DNA of 64,000 nucleotides from a virus: positions 8,434-72,433 of IMG/VR virus record IMGVR_UViG_3300045747_000653. One strand, 5' to 3'. The position numbers and the translations under genes were made by a program. Under the pieces are notes generated by a model that ran no database searches, was not told the origin of the DNA, and was given only the letters and a program-made list of their open reading frames with translations. The first letter of the stretch is position 1. Each line of letters begins with the position of its first letter. This document shows positions 62,121-64,000 of this stretch, piece by piece.

Positions 62121-64000
62121 CTAGAGCAGCGCGCCGTCGAAGAGCACGTCGGGGTCGGCCTGTCCGACGAGGGTCAGCACGGCAAGCTGCCGGCCGATGA
62201 GGTCGAACGGGCCGGAGCGCCGGCCGGCGACGGAGATCGCCGCGAGTTGCCGCCCGATGAGATCCACCGTGGTGTCGGCGGAGCCGAGCCCCCACCCGGG
62301 AGCAGCGGCCGCACCGAGCGAGAGCCCGAGGGAGCCGGCGAGCGCCCGGGCCGCGCCGGGAGACGCCGCCGCCTGGAGGCTGATCGCCGACGATCCCGCG
62401 AGCGCGCCGGAGGCAGCCGGGACTCCCGCCGCGCCGATCGAGATCCCGTCCGACCCGGACAGCGCGATCCCGGTCGAGAGGGCGATCCCCCCGGAGCCGG
62501 CCAGGGCGAGCGCGACGGAGCCAGCGAGGGCGTCCGCCTCCGCGATGGCGCCGGATTCTCCGAGCGACAGCGGCAGATTGCCCACGAGGGAGATGGCAGA
62601 GCCGCCGGAGCCCGCCGCGTCGGCGAGGGCGATCCCCGAGGAGCCCGAGAGGCCGATCGCCGTCGTGCCGGCGGCCGCGTCGGCGAGCGAGATCCCGTCC
62701 GCTCCTGCGAGCGCGGCCGGCTGGGAGAGGGCGCCGGCGAGGGCGACCGAGACGGCGGAGGCTGCCGCCGGGGTGAACTGCTCGGCCGGTGCGCCCGCCG
62801 CCGCGAGGGAGATCCCCGCGGCCGCGAGCGTCGGAGCGGTCAGCGATGCCGCCGCCGAGAGCGCAGCCGTCAACTGAGAATTGCCTGCGAGTCCAGCGAC
62901 CTGCGCCGTGACCGCCGCGTCGAGCAGGTTGCTCGTCAACTGCCCGGCGAGCGGGGAGACGAGCGACGGGATCGCCGACAGGCCGAGGGCGAGTTGGTCG
63001 CTCGCGCCTGCCTCGCCGGCCTCCCGGATCTGGGCCGCGTAGGCGAGCCCGATCGCGTCCGAGCCCTGCGCCTGGAGGAGCACCGAGCCCGCCGCCGAGA
63101 GCGCGAGTCCGACCGAGGAGGCCCCGAGGAGCCCGCTCCGGGGCGAGGCCGCGAGAGCGAGTTGCAGCGCGCAGGCGGCGGAGGGCCCGCGCAGGAGAGT
63201 CGCTCCGTCCGCCAGCGAGATCGCGGAGGCGAGGGCGGGGCTCGTGACGGCGGCGATGGCCGCGGAGCCGGTGAGCGAGATCGCGGAGGTGCCGGAGAAG
63301 ACGTTGGCCGAGTCGGCGAGGCCGATCGCCAGCGAGCCGGTCAGCGCGGCCTGTGTGGATGGCGCCGAGAACTGGAGCGCGATCGAGAACGCGACATCCC
63401 CGAGCGGCCCGAGGAGCGCCGTCACGATCGCCGCGTCGGCGAGCGACAGCGGGCAGGGGAGGGCCGGGGAGAACTGCGCTGCGAGGACGATCGCGTCGCC
63501 GATGGACGCGGCGGAGTCGCCCGCGAGCGCCTGGGCCTCCGCGACGGAGCCGGCGAGGCCGAGGCCGATCGCCACGTCGCCCGCGAACAGGACGGGAGCG
63601 TTCGCGATCTGCGAGGACACCGCCGCGCCGAGCGCGAGGGAGAGCGGGCCGGTCCCGGCGAGCGGGCCGGAGGGCGCGGCTGACGCGGCCAGCGAGAGCG
63701 AGGCCGCCCCGGCGAACGACCCGAACGGCGAGCCCTGGTCGTTGACCTGGATGAGGCACGCGCCCGAGAGCGGCCCGGACGGCACGCCCGCCGCGGAGAG
63801 GGCGATGCTCCCGGCGCCGGTGAGCGAGCCGAGCGGGGTGGTCTGGGCCGTGAGGCCGATGGCGACCGGGATGTCGCCGACGAGGGAGAGCCGGATGTCG
63901 CCGAGCGGGTTGCTGGCGGACGGGACCGCCGCACAGTCCAGGGCGATCGAGGCGACCGCCGCCGGCGGGGTCGTCGGGGTCGCCGCGTCCGCGAGCCCAA
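62121..64000 (-). CDS. Ala/Gly/Ser repeat protein, paralogue 3 (5'-truncated by window edge)
   Basis: Frame of track ORF 62121..63785 stays open to 63998 (GLADAATPTTPPAAVASIALD...). Confidence 0.7.
   Translation of the reverse strand, partial: GLADAATPTTPPAAVASIALDCAAVPSASNPLGDIRLSLVGDIPVAIGLTAQTTPLGSLTGAGSIALSAAGVPSGPLSGACLIQVNDQGSPFGSFAGAASLSLAASAAPSGPLAGTGPLSLALGAAVSSQIANAPVLFAGDVAIGLGLAGSVAEAQALAGDSAASIGDAIVLAAQFSPALPCPLSLADAAIVTALLGPLGDVAFSIALQFSAPSTQAALTGSLAIGLADSANVFSGTSAISLTGSAAIAAVTSPALASAISLADGATLLRGPSAACALQLALAASPRSGLLGASSVGLALSAAGSVLLQAQGSDAIGLAYAAQIREAGEAGASDQLALGLSAIPSLVSPLAGQLTSNLLDAAVTAQVAGLAGNSQLTAALSAAASLTAPTLAAAGISLAAAGAPAEQFTPAAASAVSVALAGALSQPAALAGADGISLADAAAGTTAIGLSGSSGIALADAAGSGGSAISLVGNLPLSLGESGAIAEADALAGSVALALAGSGGIALSTGIALSGSDGISIGAAGVPAASGALAGSSAISLQAAASPGAARALAGSLGLSLGAAAAPGWGLGSADTTVDLIGRQLAAISVAGRRSGPFDLIGRQLAVLTLVGQADPDVLFDGALL

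Larger units (their letters stand above)
1..64000. mobile_element. Temperate contractile-tailed phage genome segment, attP (non-integrated) form
   Basis: Terminase, portal, capsid, sheath, tube, tape measure, baseplate, primase-helicase, cI/cro, xis/int and an intact attP are all present; no host housekeeping genes; ORFs run off both edges. Confidence 0.95.

Noticed and set aside
54371-64000. Host chromosomal DNA beyond a prophage boundary, or a diversity-generating retroelement target region
   Set aside because: Genes are virion-like, co-oriented with the late operon, and both attP arms are present; no reverse transcriptase or TR/VR pair was seen

Overview
The whole window is part of one high-GC temperate tailed phage with a contractile tail (myovirus-type). 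Both edges cut through virion-type genes, so the genome is larger than 64 kb. It is in the non-integrated (attP) configuration: the tyrosine integrase (52940-54142) is followed by a tRNA 3'-end core flanked by inverted arm-type repeats and then by more phage genes rather than host genes. Layout: minus-strand morphogenesis operon from terminase to a tail-fibre-like gene (22011 down to 1); minus-strand replication/methylase operon (33233 down to 22349); cro/cI switch (32997-33875); accessory cassette between cI and a second repressor-type promoter (33872-37891); plus-strand early operon for recombination, DNA modification, xis and int (38044-54142); attP (54111-54334); minus-strand block of repeat-rich and signal-peptide-bearing proteins (64000 down to 54371). 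A Myxococcota host is plausible but inferred only from high GC, a tRNA-Asp-like att core and a Fis-type HTH. Best leads: (1) a translationally coupled triad next to cI (putative ADP-ribosyltransferase toxin, small helical protein with a hydrophobic tail, DUF6941-like beta protein) that resembles a toxin-antitoxin-chaperone defence system without a SecB chaperone; (2) stand-alone mimics of host transcription parts (RNAP alpha-CTD, Fis-type HTH); (3) a MuF toxin-immunity pair; (4) fibre-like late genes carrying Sec/Tat signal peptides. All family assignments come from motif recognition by eye; no database search was run.
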